Positions 10,441 to 21,512 of a DNA stretch of 64,000 nt are shown here, in pieces. The position numbers were made by a program, and so were the translations under genes. The notes beneath the pieces are model-generated. The model did not search any database and had not been told where the DNA came from. It worked only from the letters and a program-made list of their open reading frames with translations. The number at the start of each line of letters is the position of its first letter. Position 1 is the stretch's first letter. The stretch is from Vicinamibacterales bacterium. Lineage in GTDB: Bacteria > Acidobacteriota > Vicinamibacteria > Vicinamibacterales > UBA8438. The DNA is taken from the NCBI GenBank assembly GCA_965207265.1, contig OZ242279.1, forward strand, positions 4,049,691-4,113,690. The letters are read 5' to 3'.

Positions 10441-10968
10441 TCACAACTCCACTTCCAGTCGAGCCCGCGTCACAAGCGTCCACGGAATGCGGTGGACGCG
10501 CCGTCCTGCGGTCACGACTACGAGTCCCGCCTGCTCCGGCGGTCCGCCGCTTTCCGGCTCGACCCCGGCGATCCGCCCGCAGATGAAGCGTTGTCCGTCG
10601 ACGGCTTCCGACGTCACGAACCGGGCGAGCCGACCTCGAAAGCGCCGGCAATCGTCCACGTGCCGCAACGGGCGGTCGAGGCCCGGCGAGGACACTTCCA
10701 GGGTGTACGGATGCTCGAAGTCGAACTCGGCGTCGAGCACCACGCTCAGGTCCGTGCTCACCCGCGCGCAATCGTCGAGGGTAACCGCTTCGGCCGCAGC
10801 GTCGCCAGCCTCGCCGGCCGCGCCCGGCGGCCGGTCGATGACGATTCGCAACAGCCAGCCCACCGACTCGCGCTGAAGCTGGACGTCGAAGACGTCGAGC
10901 CCGAAGGCGCGGGCGACCCGCTCCGCGATGGACCAGACCTGCGCAACCCGGCCTTCACCGGGCTTCAC
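10441..10968 (-). CDS. rimP: ribosome maturation factor RimP
   Basis: The C-terminal 175 codons of listed ORF 10441..12324 (…FGLDVFDVQLQRESVGWLLRIVIDRP…LEVSSPGLDRPL…) match RimP. The GTG start at 10968 is inferred. Confidence 0.8.
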   Translation of the reverse strand: MKPGEGRVAQVWSIAERVARAFGLDVFDVQLQRESVGWLLRIVIDRPPGAAGEAGDAAAEAVTLDDCARVSTDLSVVLDAEFDFEHPYTLEVSSPGLDRPLRHVDDCRRFRGRLARFVTSEAVDGQRFICGRIAGVEPESGGPPEQAGLVVVTAGRRVHRIPWTLVTRARLEVEL

Positions 10969-11004
10969 CCTGTCTCTACCCCGCCTTCGCCCCGCAACTG
11001 CGCC

Positions 11005-11039
11005 CTGAAACACAAAGAAGTGGGCGAAACGCCCACTTC
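11005..11039 (-). terminator. rho-independent terminator after asnS
   Basis: On the minus strand, GAAGTGGGCG-TTT-CGCCCACTTC (10-bp stem) is followed by TTTGTGTTTC. It lies between the asnS stop (11091) and the rimP start. Confidence 0.8.
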
Positions 11040-11090
11040 TGCAGCACTTCGTCTCTCGTAGCCGACAGAGTATATCACGGAAGCCGGCCG

Positions 11091-12392
<1,302 letters not shown>

Positions 12393-12406
12393 CCTGACGT
12401 AGCGTA

Positions 12407-13426
12407 CTACGAGGGGGCCTCCGCCAGCACGGGGGCCAGGAGGTCGCCGAGACGGCGTCGATCGGGGTCCTGCCGGATGGCCTCCCGCGCGTAACCCAAC
12501 GTGCGGGGCACCGCGTCGCGGTAGCGCGGGTTCCCGCGGACGGCGATCTGGAATCCGAACGTCCCCAGCGCCTTGAGGGCTCGCTGCACCGTCGTCCGGG
12601 CGAAGCGTTGCCGCAGTCGCGCGCCGGCCCGTACGCCCGCGACGTTCTCGTAGTGGGTGATCAACCGGTCGACCTCGTCTCCGTCCAGCGCCACGTAGGC
12701 GTCCCGGAGCAGCGACACCAGATCGTAGGTGTCCGGGCCCATGCGCGCGTCCTGGAAGTCGATGACGTGCAGCCGGCCCTCGTGCACCATCAGGTTGCGG
12801 CTGTGGAAGTCGCGGTGGCAGAGCACGCGCGGCTCGTCCGCCATGTCCGAGGCGAGAGCGCGGAACTCTTCGCCCAGGGCGCGCCGCGCCGGCTCCGTGA
12901 GGCTGTGGCGCCGGAAGCCGACGACGAAGTGCTCGACGAAGAAGTCGAGCTCCTGCATCAGCTTGACGACGTCGAACGCCAGGTCGAAGGGGCCGGCGTC
13001 GGACCCGGCAAGCCGGCGTCCGCCGCTCTGAATCGTTGCGACGATCTCCACCGCTTCCCGGTAGCGCGCGCTCCGCTCGTCGTCCGGCAGCGTGGCGACG
13101 GCGTCTTCCAGCATCGTGTCGCCGAGATCCTCGACGACGACGATTCCCAGCGCCGCGTCCGCTCCGTGGATGACCGGCACCCGCACGGGAAGGCGGCGGA
13201 ACAGCTCGGCGACGCGGATCAGAGGCAGCGTCTCGGGGTCGATCGGACCGTCGTGCACGACGAGGACGCGCGACGGCGCGCCAGGCGGAACGACACGCAC
13301 GAAACGGCGGTCGGATGCGTCTCCCGCCAGGGGCGCGAGACGGGTCGACGGCGGCAGACCGGAACTGCGCAGCCACGCTCTGGCGCGCGATTCCGGTGTG
13401 TCGGCCTGTCGGGACGGGTCCGTCAT
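12407..13426 (-). CDS. aminoglycoside-phosphotransferase-fold sugar kinase (AmgK-like anomeric MurNAc/GlcNAc kinase candidate)
   Basis: 339 aa with the APH/ChoK-fold motifs [13 protein letters not shown] and [15 protein letters not shown] overlap with the upstream nucleotidyltransferase. Confidence 0.65.
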   Translation of the reverse strand: MTDPSRQADTPESRARAWLRSSGLPPSTRLAPLAGDASDRRFVRVVPPGAPSRVLVVHDGPIDPETLPLIRVAELFRRLPVRVPVIHGADAALGIVVVEDLGDTMLEDAVATLPDDERSARYREAVEIVATIQSGGRRLAGSDAGPFDLAFDVVKLMQELDFFVEHFVVGFRRHSLTEPARRALGEEFRALASDMADEPRVLCHRDFHSRNLMVHEGRLHVIDFQDARMGPDTYDLVSLLRDAYVALDGDEVDRLITHYENVAGVRAGARLRQRFARTTVQRALKALGTFGFQIAVRGNPRYRDAVPRTLGYAREAIRQDPDRRRLGDLLAPVLAEAPS

Positions 13427-14415
13427 CGGTCCGTGCCGGGAAGGTCGTCGAGAGGGTAGACGGCTGCGTTGCCTGCCATGCTTCCGCCTTCCGGGGCCGC
13501 CGCCGCGTCGGCGGGCACGCAGATCCGACGATGCAGCACCGTCCCGGCCGGCAGGCTGACTCCGTCGGCGACGATGCAACGGTCGAGCCGGCAGTCGGCT
13601 CCGATGCGGACGTGGTCCCAGACCGCCGTGCGTTCGAGCGAGGCCGACGGATGAATCGTCGACCCGGCGCCGACCGGCAGCGCCTCGCATCCCTCGCGCC
13701 GGGCGACGGCCAGCGACGCGGCCAGGTAGTCCGCCGGCGTCCCGACGTCCAGGAAGTCGTCCCCGCACCCGTGGGCCCGAATGCTACCGGGCCGCTCGTC
13801 GTCCGGGTCGGCCAGAAGGCGGTCGTAGATGCCGCCGATGGTGGCGGCGGGCCGGCCGGCGGGCAGATCCGCGAAGACGGCCGCCTCGACGAGCTGCACA
13901 CCCACGAAGTGGGCGGCTGCGCCGAGTCCGGCCCGCACGAAGCCGCGCACGCGGCCGTCGCCCGCGACGAGCACGCCGCCGTAGCGGTCCGGGGACGGAT
14001 GCGGGGCGACGGCGAGGGTGACCGAGGCGCCGGCGGACGCGTGGGTCTCGGCGAGCGCACGAAGCGAGAGGGTCGTCAGGGTGTCGCCGTTGACGACGAA
14101 GAAGCGCGAGCCGAGCAGCGGCAGCGCCTGCCGCGGACCGCCGGCGGAACCGAGGATGACCGGCTCCCAGGAGTAGCGCACGCGCACATCGGCAGCCTCT
14201 CCGTGGCCCACCAACCGTGTGATCGTCTCCGGCCGGTGGTGCAGGTTGAGGACGACTTCCGCGACGCCCTGGGCCGCCAGCCATTCCAGGATGCGGGTCA
14301 CGAGCGGGCGCCCGGCGACCGGCACCGCCGGTTTCGCGCGAACGTCGGTCAGCGGACGGAGACGCGTTCCGAGTCCGGCCGCGAGTACGAGGGCGGGAGG
14401 CAGCGGGCCGGCCAT
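13423..14415 (-). CDS. NDP-sugar pyrophosphorylase (MurU-like nucleotidyltransferase with C-terminal hexapeptide-repeat extension)
   Basis: N-terminal [25 protein letters not shown] signature. The C-terminal ~90 aa look like a left-handed beta-helix ([35 protein letters not shown]). Confidence 0.7.
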   Translation of the reverse strand: MAGPLPPALVLAAGLGTRLRPLTDVRAKPAVPVAGRPLVTRILEWLAAQGVAEVVLNLHHRPETITRLVGHGEAADVRVRYSWEPVILGSAGGPRQALPLLGSRFFVVNGDTLTTLSLRALAETHASAGASVTLAVAPHPSPDRYGGVLVAGDGRVRGFVRAGLGAAAHFVGVQLVEAAVFADLPAGRPAATIGGIYDRLLADPDDERPGSIRAHGCGDDFLDVGTPADYLAASLAVARREGCEALPVGAGSTIHPSASLERTAVWDHVRIGADCRLDRCIVADGVSLPAGTVLHRRICVPADAAAAPEGGSMAGNAAVYPLDDLPGTDR

Positions 14416-14426
14416 CGCGTCGGGCG

Positions 14427-14999
14427 CTACTCGAAGACCATGTCGCTGACCGGACGTCCGTGGGCGGCGCAGTCCGACTCCCACACGCGGCGATAGGACG
14501 CCGTGATGTAGTCGGCGGGACCGCGGCCGAGCGCCTGCGCGAGCCGCGTCACGCCCGCCTCGCTGCCCTCGAGCTCGACGAAGACTCCGCACGGCGTCTC
14601 GTCGATGGCGACGATCGTGCCGTCCCGCTCGAACTCCTCGCGGTACTTCTGGTAGCGGAACCAGACGTCGAACCCCGCCCGTTCGAGGACCCGGAGCAAC
14701 ACCGCGCCGTCGCCGACGTCCGTCTCGACCTCTTCGCGGACCTTCATGACGACGTCGGGTCGCGGCGGTCCCTTGAAGGTGATGGTGGCGACGCTCTCCC
14801 CGCCGGCGTCCGGCGCCTCCATGCGCACGCGCAACGTGCACCACTCGGCGCGCAGCCGGCCGGCGCTCGTGTCGAGGAGGCGGTCGTCCTGCAGGCGCCG
14901 CGGGCGCAACCGGACCGCCCCGAGCGCGGCCACCGCCTCGCGGGCGGTCGAGGCCGATGCGAACGCCAGCTTGATCTCACGCTCGATGCGATCGCTCAT
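14427..14999 (-). CDS. CYTH-domain protein (triphosphate tunnel metalloenzyme / class IV adenylate cyclase family)
   Basis: N-terminal EREIKL (ExExK) motif, followed by …TLRVR…ITFKGP…REEVE…QKYREEF…AIDETPCGVFVELEG. Confidence 0.8.
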   Translation of the reverse strand: MSDRIEREIKLAFASASTAREAVAALGAVRLRPRRLQDDRLLDTSAGRLRAEWCTLRVRMEAPDAGGESVATITFKGPPRPDVVMKVREEVETDVGDGAVLLRVLERAGFDVWFRYQKYREEFERDGTIVAIDETPCGVFVELEGSEAGVTRLAQALGRGPADYITASYRRVWESDCAAHGRPVSDMVFE

Positions 15000-15020
15000 C
15001 GACGGTTCCCGCCTGGAATT

Positions 15021-15115
15021 CTAGCCCGACAATCGTCGCCTGCGGCTCCGATTGCCGCCCAACCGGGCCTGTCCAGGAGCCTGCACCGCTTCCACGGCGC
15101 AGACTCCCGGACTAG
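15021..15115 (+). repeat. R1 intergenic element, copy A (CTAG-core-hairpin variant-CTAG)
   Basis: It fills the whole CYTH/midA-like spacer. Its terminal CTAG (15112-15115) contains the TAG stop of the midA-like gene. Confidence 0.85.
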
Positions 15116-16275
15116 CGTGTCGCGCGGACACGATAGGAGCAACCCGCCAGAGACGGCGTCCCGACGTTCTTGCCGAAGAGCATCACCTTGTGGGTGCTGC
15201 CGAGTCCGCCGGGTACCAGCAGGGACTTCAGAGCCAGACGGCGCCGGAGAGCGGCGATGCCGTCGTCGCCCGATTCGCGCGATTCGTCATTCATCCGCTC
15301 GACCGCCCCGAGCCCCAGCAGAAAGTAGGTCTGGTCGAGCACGCCGAGCGTGCGCGCGCCGGCGTCCTCGGCCGCGTCGCGCACGAGTGTCAGGTCGACG
15401 TGCGCGGTGATGTCGCACTCTCCCGGGTCGACGAGCCACGGCGGCGGGGAGCCGTCGCCGGCGGCTGCGCTGCGCTGCCGCCGGTAGGTCGTCAGCGTGC
15501 CCGCGGCGTGCGTCGCCGAGTAGAGCTCCTGCGCCTCGTGGCCGTAGTCGACGAGCAGCAGGAATCCCCGGGTGAGGGCTTCGACGGCCCGGCGCACCCA
15601 GTCGGCGGCGGCCGGCGCGACCTCGGCTCGCCATCCCGACTCCAGCGTGATGTGCCGGTCGCGAACGTGCTGCAGGCTCGCTTGCGAGAGCGGGCCGAGG
15701 TGCTCGGCGAAGTCGCCGGTCGCGTGGTCGAGGTCGACGTATGCCTCCCGGAGTCCGCCGTCGGTCATTTCGAGCACATGCGGAGGGAGCGCGTCGAGCA
15801 GCTCGTTCGCGAAGATGGCTCCCCGGATCGCGGGTGGGATGCGGGAGCCCGACGATGCGACCTTGTCCGCGTGGGGGCCGAGCGTGGCGGCCTGCGCGTC
15901 GCGCGCGGCCCGGCTCCGTTCGACCAGGTGCAGCCGGATGGCCTGATAGAAAGCCTGGTCGTCGGCAGCGGCGGCGTCGAGCACGTCCCGTGCGAGCCGC
16001 CCGTTGCCGGCGGCGGCCTCGACCAGGTCGAACCGCGAGTCGCCGGATCCGGATCGCAGGATGCGCCACATCTCGGCGAGCTGCGATGCCAGCAGGGAGC
16101 CGAACGCGGGACCGAGGTCGACGCTGGTGAAGAAATCGCCCGCGCGACCGGAACGCCGGTCGGCGCGGGCGTAGTAACCCAACTCGGGATGGTAGAGGGC
16201 CAACTCCGCGTAGGCGGCGAACGGCAGCGGACCCTCCGTCTGGATCCGCTCCCGTATCACCTCCCGCAACGTCAT
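15112..16275 (-). CDS. class I SAM-dependent methyltransferase, MidA/NDUFAF7 (DUF185) family
   Basis: 387 aa, …PLPFAAYAELALYHPELGYYA…GDFFTSVDLGPAFG…LVEAAAGNGRLARDVL…. Confidence 0.8.
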   Translation of the reverse strand: MTLREVIRERIQTEGPLPFAAYAELALYHPELGYYARADRRSGRAGDFFTSVDLGPAFGSLLASQLAEMWRILRSGSGDSRFDLVEAAAGNGRLARDVLDAAAADDQAFYQAIRLHLVERSRAARDAQAATLGPHADKVASSGSRIPPAIRGAIFANELLDALPPHVLEMTDGGLREAYVDLDHATGDFAEHLGPLSQASLQHVRDRHITLESGWRAEVAPAAADWVRRAVEALTRGFLLLVDYGHEAQELYSATHAAGTLTTYRRQRSAAAGDGSPPPWLVDPGECDITAHVDLTLVRDAAEDAGARTLGVLDQTYFLLGLGAVERMNDESRESGDDGIAALRRRLALKSLLVPGGLGSTHKVMLFGKNVGTPSLAGCSYRVRATR

Positions 16276-16291
16276 CTCGTGCGTCCGGCCC

Positions 16292-16397
16292 CGCCGGCGC
16301 AGACTCCTGGGAGTCTGCGCCGTACAAGGGTGCGGATCTCCCAGTCAGGCCCGGCAGGGCGGCAATCGGAGCCCGCAGGCGACGATTGTCGGGCTAG
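16292..16397 (-). repeat. R1 intergenic element, copy B (inverted orientation)
   Basis: Reverse complement of the R1 core (CTAG at 16394-16397) plus the variant hairpin GGCGCAGACTCC-TGG-GAGTCTGCGCC at 16296-16322. Confidence 0.85.
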
Positions 16398-16455
16398 CGC
16401 CCCGAAACGCCTCGCAGGCTCGGCGTTCCGGCCCATCCCCCCGCTCCATGACCTT

Positions 16456-16502
16456 GCGCCGCAGCTCTTCGCTTCGCTGCGTTCTGCGGCGCAAGCTCCT
16501 AG
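16456..16502 (+). repeat. R1-related hairpin variant ending in CTAG at the htrA stop
   Basis: GCGCCGCAG-19 nt-CTGCGGCGC followed by AAGCTCCTAG. The CTAG at 16499-16502 contains the TAG stop of the HtrA gene. Confidence 0.6.
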
Positions 16503-18061
16503 TCCTTCTCCACCTGCAGAAAAACGCGTGTATCGCGGCGCTGCACCAGGAGGAACGCGGTCCGCCCCGACTCGATCTCGCCGAGCTCGGCGGTCGCCTC
16601 GCTGGCCGACGCGACGTCGACGCGGTTGACGCTGAGGATGACGTCCCCAGGCTGCAGGCCGCCTGCCTCTGCGGTGCTGCCGCGCTGGACGTCGACGACC
16701 ACCGCGCCGACCGTGTCCGCCGGCACGCGCAGGCGGCGGGCCATCGGCGGCGTCAGGTCCTGCAGCGTGATTCCGAACCCCTCGCTGGTCTCTTCGGCCG
16801 CGGCCATCACGTTGCGGCTCTGCGCCTCGAGGTCGAGCTCGCCGATGGTGATGTCGAGAGTCAACGGTTCACCGTTGCGAACGACGTCGATCGGCACGGT
16901 CGTGCCGGGCCGGGTGGCGACGACCCGACTCTGGAGATCCCGGGTGTCCTCCACGGGCTCCCCGCCGTAGGCCACCACCACGTCCGCGGGCTGCATGCCG
17001 CCTTGATCCGCGGGGCCGTCCGGGTTGACCAGTGAGACGATGACGCCGCGGGGTTCGTCGAGCCCGAGCACGGCGTACTCGTCCCTTGGGACGTCGCGAA
17101 TCTGAATGCCGATCACGCCGCGCGTCACCTTGCCGCCGCGGAGCTCGTCGAGCAGATTGCGTACGGTGTTGATGGGCACGGCGAAACCGACACCCGCGTT
17201 GGACCGGCGGTCGCTCATGATCGCCGTGTTCATGCCGACCACCTCGCCGCGGATGTTCAGGAGCGGCCCACCGGAGTTGCCCGGGTTGATTGCGGCATCG
17301 GTCTGCAGCATCTCGTTGCTGCGGCCGGTCGCCACCGGCAAGGGCCGGGCGAGCGCCGAGATGACCCCGACGGTGACCGTATGGCTGAGGCCGAAGGGGG
17401 CGCCGATCGCCATCACCCAGTCGCCCGGCGCCATCTGACTCGAGTCGCCGAACGTCGCCACGGGCAACTCCCGGTCGGGTCGCTCGACCAGCTCGAGCAG
17501 CGCGCTGTCGGTCAGGCGATCGCGGCCCAGCACGCGCGCTTCGTAGCGCTCGTCGTCGTCGTCGCCGAAGAAGTGAATCTCGATGCTCGTGGCGTTCTCG
17601 ATGACGTGGTTGTTCGTCAGAATCAAACCGTCGCCATCGATCACGAATCCCGTTCCGGTCGCCGCCGGCCGGGTGTTGTCGTTGTCGTCGGGCGGCGCCT
17701 CGCGTTCCGGCGGTTGCCCGAAGAACCGGCGGAAGAACTCGTCGCCGCCGAAGAACTCGTTCATGTTCCCCTGCTGCCGCGGCTGCTGGGTCCAGATCGT
17801 CACGACCATCGCCGTCTGCGCGTCGGCGATCTCGCGGAACGTCGTCGCGGTCAGATTGCCGGAGATCGGCGAGCTGTTCGGAATCGGCGCCCGAACGGAC
17901 TGCGCCGCCGACGGCGGAGCCAGATTGAAGCGTGACGCAATCACCATCCCGACCGCCATGGCGGTCACGGCAATCAACAGCGTGGAAACGAATGTGGTCC
18001 TCGATCTCGACATCATTTCCTCCAGCAGGGCGAGCACCCGCATCTCTCGCATCGACTCCAA
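16499..18061 (-). CDS. htrA: DegP/HtrA-family periplasmic serine protease with two PDZ domains
   Basis: The catalytic triad context is present (LTNNHVIENA, …DSALLEL…, GNSGGPLLNIRGEVVGMNTAI), with an N-terminal membrane anchor. Confidence 0.9.
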   Translation of the reverse strand: MESMREMRVLALLEEMMSRSRTTFVSTLLIAVTAMAVGMVIASRFNLAPPSAAQSVRAPIPNSSPISGNLTATTFREIADAQTAMVVTIWTQQPRQQGNMNEFFGGDEFFRRFFGQPPEREAPPDDNDNTRPAATGTGFVIDGDGLILTNNHVIENATSIEIHFFGDDDDERYEARVLGRDRLTDSALLELVERPDRELPVATFGDSSQMAPGDWVMAIGAPFGLSHTVTVGVISALARPLPVATGRSNEMLQTDAAINPGNSGGPLLNIRGEVVGMNTAIMSDRRSNAGVGFAVPINTVRNLLDELRGGKVTRGVIGIQIRDVPRDEYAVLGLDEPRGVIVSLVNPDGPADQGGMQPADVVVAYGGEPVEDTRDLQSRVVATRPGTTVPIDVVRNGEPLTLDITIGELDLEAQSRNVMAAAEETSEGFGITLQDLTPPMARRLRVPADTVGAVVVDVQRGSTAEAGGLQPGDVILSVNRVDVASASEATAELGEIESGRTAFLLVQRRDTRVFLQVEKD

Positions 18062-18120
18062 GTGTAACGCGGCTGCAGCCTGGCGCGGGCTTCCCGCCGA
18101 CGGGCGCGGGGCCGACCAGC

Positions 18121-18239
18121 AGTCTGCGCCGTTCTACGGCGGCAGACTCCTAGCCCGACAATCGTCGCCTGCGGCTCCGCTTGCCGCCCAACCGGGCCTG
18201 ACTAGGAGTCTACGCCGTTCTACGGCGGCAGACTCCTAG
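18121..18239 (+). repeat. R1 intergenic element, copy C (hairpin-CTAG-core-CTAG-hairpin-CTAG)
   Basis: The hairpin module is present on both sides of the core. The terminal CTAG (18236-18239) contains the TAG stop of the M24 peptidase gene. Confidence 0.9.
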
Positions 18240-19414
18240 CCCAGCGGGACGATTTCCGCCTGCCGCGGACCGGTCACGGCGGCGGCGGCGTCGTCCACGT
18301 ACACGTTGATCTCGGTCCGAACGCCGAAGTCATCCAGGTAGACGCCGGGTTCGATCGTGAACCCGGTGCCGGGAATGAGCCTCCGCTCATCGTGCGTCTC
18401 GTAGTCGTCCATGTGCACGCCGTTGCCGTGGACCTCCTCGCCGAGGCTGTGGCCGGTGCGGTGCATGAAGCGGTCGCCGTAGCCGGCGGCGTCGATCACG
18501 TCCCGCGCGGCGCGGTCCACCTCCCAGCCGCTGATCGGTCGACCGGCGTTCACCCGCTCGGTGACGAGGGAGACGGCGGCGTCGCGCGCCTCGCGTGCTG
18601 CGCCGAAGATGGCGGCGGCCCGGGGCGGCACCCGGGAGCCGGTGAAGCCGACCCACGTGATGTCGGCGTACACGGCGCCCGGCCGGTCGATCTTGCCCCA
18701 CAGGTCGAGCAGGACCACCTGTCCGCGTCCGATGGGACGATGTTCCTCCGCGGTGGGCAGATAGTGGGGGTTTCCGCTGCTCTCCTGAGCGGCCACCACG
18801 GGCGGGCAGTCGGTGACCAGCCCCGCGTCCGCGAACCACCCGGTCATCACCTGCTGGACCGCATACTCGGTCAACGAACCCCCGCCGACGCGGTCGGCGA
18901 TCAGCTCGAACGTGCGGTCCTTGATGCTGTGCAGATGCCGGGATGCAGTGCGATGGCTCGCGAGCGCCGCGTCGTCCCAGACGGCTTCGAAGCGTTGCAC
19001 GAGGTCGCCGGAGGACACCACCTCGGCGCCCAGCGAACGGATGCACTCGACGGTCCCGGCGTCCACCCGTGAGACGTAGGGAATCGCGCAGTTCGGCGAG
19101 TACTCCATCGCGATTCGGCGCATGCCCTGCACCAGGGAGTCCAGACCCGCTTCCAGCTCGTTGCGTCCCGCGTAGATCCGTCGGCTTCCGGGAAGATGCG
19201 CCAGACTGTGCCGCTCGATGCCGTGCACGAGGGCGCGCGGCTCGCCGGACGCGGGGACGAGGTAGTACCAGCGTCGCGTCGTCAGCTTGCCGCTACCGCC
19301 AAGTCCCGCTACCCGGCGCGCGATGGGGTTGGATCCGTGAAAGTCGTAGAGGAGCCAGCCGTCGAGTCCGTCCTCGCGGAGCGCCCGCTGAATCGCCGAC
19401 AGGTCGAATGCCAT
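18236..19414 (-). CDS. M24-family metallopeptidase (Xaa-Pro aminopeptidase-like)
   Basis: The C-terminal pita-bread fold motifs are present: HRTGHSLGEEVHG…GFTIEPGVY. Confidence 0.85.
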   Translation of the reverse strand: MAFDLSAIQRALREDGLDGWLLYDFHGSNPIARRVAGLGGSGKLTTRRWYYLVPASGEPRALVHGIERHSLAHLPGSRRIYAGRNELEAGLDSLVQGMRRIAMEYSPNCAIPYVSRVDAGTVECIRSLGAEVVSSGDLVQRFEAVWDDAALASHRTASRHLHSIKDRTFELIADRVGGGSLTEYAVQQVMTGWFADAGLVTDCPPVVAAQESSGNPHYLPTAEEHRPIGRGQVVLLDLWGKIDRPGAVYADITWVGFTGSRVPPRAAAIFGAAREARDAAVSLVTERVNAGRPISGWEVDRAARDVIDAAGYGDRFMHRTGHSLGEEVHGNGVHMDDYETHDERRLIPGTGFTIEPGVYLDDFGVRTEINVYVDDAAAAVTGPRQAEIVPLG

Positions 19415-19691
19415 GCGTGCGTACCGTACCGCGACGGCAATCGGGCCGCGACGCGCGACCCGGGATCTACCAGTAGGACGCCGGAATTCGCACCTTGGCT
19501 TGCTGCAAGGCCCCGGATCCGGTCAGGCCGGGGTGAGACGTCCGTCTGGCGACCGGAAAAGGACATAGACGGTGGCCCAGAGCACTTGCCGGCCGGGGTA
19601 AGCCGAAGCCCGGCCGGCACCGCGGATGCACGGGCGCGGCGACGACAGGCTCGGCGCGCGTTCCCGTCTCTGCGCGGCAAGGGGCCGCCGC

Positions 19692-20414
19692 TCAGGCGCC
19701 CTCTGCGGCTCCCGCCGCCCCATCCTCGGCCGCCGCGGACTCCTCCTGCATGCCCTCGACGGGGCGGAGGCAGGTGAACTTCAGCGCGTCCGCGTCCACC
19801 AGCTCTTCCTCGCCCTCTTCCGCTTCCTCGGCCGCGGCGGCTTCTTCGCCCTCTTCGCCCTCTTCGACCTCGGGTTGCGGCGGGAACTCGATGTCTTCCA
19901 GGAGGGTCGCCTTGACGTCGCCGTTCTGGTGAGAGAACTCGTAGTTGCTGCGGTCCATCGCGGACACCACCGGCACCCGGAGCTCGATGTCGCACACCTC
20001 GTCGACCAGGATCGGCAGGCGGCGCCGCGCCTGATCGCCGGTCACCGTGTTGCCGTCCCCGTCGTACCAGAACTCGTCGACCTGGAACCCCGCGATCGCG
20101 TTCTGCGAGACGTTCCGGATCCGGATCGACGTGATGTTGAAGCCGCGGTCCTGACCCGTGCCGCGGCGGGCCGTCGGCTGCGTGTAGCCGATCTCGGCCT
20201 GCCCGCGCTGCGTCGGCACGAGGGAGATTCCCGCCGCGAGCCGATCCGCGAGCCGATCCGCCGCGGCCCTGGCCTCGGGGCTTACTTCGACCTCCGCCTC
20301 TGCCGCCGCCGCGGCGGCCGCCGCCGCCTCCTCCTCTTCCCCGCCGCCGCAGGCGGTCGCCGCCGCCAGCAGGACCATGACACCCCAAAGCAGTGCGCGG
20401 TTCACGGATTGCAT
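19692..20414 (-). CDS. hypothetical lipoprotein with acidic low-complexity segments
   Basis: Signal peptide plus lipobox (LLAAATAC), followed by poly-E/A tracts. No family was recognised. Confidence 0.55.
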   Translation of the reverse strand: MQSVNRALLWGVMVLLAAATACGGGEEEEAAAAAAAAAEAEVEVSPEARAAADRLADRLAAGISLVPTQRGQAEIGYTQPTARRGTGQDRGFNITSIRIRNVSQNAIAGFQVDEFWYDGDGNTVTGDQARRRLPILVDEVCDIELRVPVVSAMDRSNYEFSHQNGDVKATLLEDIEFPPQPEVEEGEEGEEAAAAEEAEEGEEELVDADALKFTCLRPVEGMQEESAAAEDGAAGAAEGA

Positions 20415-20487
20415 CGCATGTCCTCCCGAAGATCGTTCGCAGAGATGAGGCGAAAGTATAGCAGTCCCGCGTCGAACGCGGGCATCC

Positions 20488-20946
20488 CTACATTTCTCCG
20501 TTCCAGTCCTCGGGCTCGGCGCTCGCCGACCGGAACACTTCCAGATGCCACTTGCCGCCGCCCCACGGTTCGATCACCTCGGCGGCGACGACGTCGACCA
20601 ACAGCTCCGAGAACGCGCGTCCCTCCGGGTCGCCTTCCAGGTGATAGGCCGGCTCGTCCCAGGAGAAGGTTGGGTAGAGGATCAGGCTGAGGAAGAGGTC
20701 GTAGCCGTCGTCGACCACGATAAGCTGGCCGCAGGGTCTCTTCTGGGTCGAGTGATACACGAGGTACTTTTCCGCGCTGTGCGCCCGGATGTACCGCTTG
20801 AGCGCGAACTCCTGGGCGACGACGTCCTCGACCGCCATCTTCTTAACCCAGCACTCGTGACAGTACTTCTCCTCCCCGCGGGGTTCGGAAACCTCCTTGG
20901 CGCCGCACAGGGCGCAGGGAGTGCGCGCAGCCGAACGTGGAGCCAT
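20488..20946 (-). CDS. hypothetical protein with N-terminal CxxC…CxxC zinc-ribbon-like motif
   Basis: 152 aa with protein-like composition (CALCG…CHEC). No family was recognised. Confidence 0.5.
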   Translation of the reverse strand: MAPRSAARTPCALCGAKEVSEPRGEEKYCHECWVKKMAVEDVVAQEFALKRYIRAHSAEKYLVYHSTQKRPCGQLIVVDDGYDLFLSLILYPTFSWDEPAYHLEGDPEGRAFSELLVDVVAAEVIEPWGGGKWHLEVFRSASAEPEDWNGEM

Positions 20947-21005
20947 GCGGTCGATTCTAGCAGGCTGGCAGGCCCGGCGCGGGCTTCGCGGATTACCATG
21001 GATCC

Positions 21006-21413
21006 ATGCCGGCTCGACCGCCGCACCGCGGCCTGCGACATCTGGCGCTGCACGTTCGCGCCTTCGACGCGATGAAGCGCTTCTATACGCAGGTTCTCGG
21101 CTTTGCGGTGGAATGGGAGCCGGACGCCGACAACGTCTATCTGACGTCCGGTGCCGACAACCTGGCGCTCCATCGCGGGCCGTCCGACGGCGATCCGGCG
21201 GAGCGGGCGGTCGGCGGCGCCCTCGATCATCTCGGTCTCGTGGTGCGCAGCGCGTCCGACGTCGACGCCTGGGCGGACTATCTGGCCGCCCAGGGCATCG
21301 CGCTCGACGCTCCCCCCCGGACCCATCGCGATGGTGCGCGGTCGCTGTACGTCTCCGATCCGGACGGGAACCGGGTGCAGATCATTCACCACCCGCCGAT
21401 AAGCGGCGAATAG
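21006..21413 (+). CDS. VOC-family (glyoxalase/bleomycin-resistance/dioxygenase fold) protein
   Basis: LRHLALHVRAFDAMKRFYTQVLGF…LDHLGLVV…LYVSDPDGNRVQI. Confidence 0.8.
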   Translation: MPARPPHRGLRHLALHVRAFDAMKRFYTQVLGFAVEWEPDADNVYLTSGADNLALHRGPSDGDPAERAVGGALDHLGLVVRSASDVDAWADYLAAQGIALDAPPRTHRDGARSLYVSDPDGNRVQIIHHPPISGE

Positions 21414-21466
21414 TCGCGCCTCGGAACCCCGTTCGCTGCGTTCTGCGGCACAAGGCTCCTGGACGC

Positions 21467-21508
21467 GGCGAGCGGGCGGAAGCGGCTCGCCGGCGCCGTC
21501 GGCGAGCC
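21467..21508. terminator. three-arm GC palindrome between convergent VOC gene and nadK (candidate bidirectional terminator)
   Basis: CGGCGAGC (21467-74), GCTCGCCG (21486-93) and CGGCGAGCC (21500-08) can form alternative 8-9 bp stems. Confidence 0.5.
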
Positions 21509-21512
21509 CGCG

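Noticed and set aside
19500-19620. Structured GC-rich spacer, with hairpins CCCCGG…CCGGGG at ~19511-37 and GCCGGCCGGG-11 nt-CCCGGCCGGC at 19588-19618, considered as a possible small RNA (SRP-like, for example).
   Set aside because: No conserved SRP, tmRNA or RNase P sequence motifs could be recognised. It is more simply a 3' hairpin or terminator for the lipoprotein gene ending at 19692. It was left unannotated as ncRNA.
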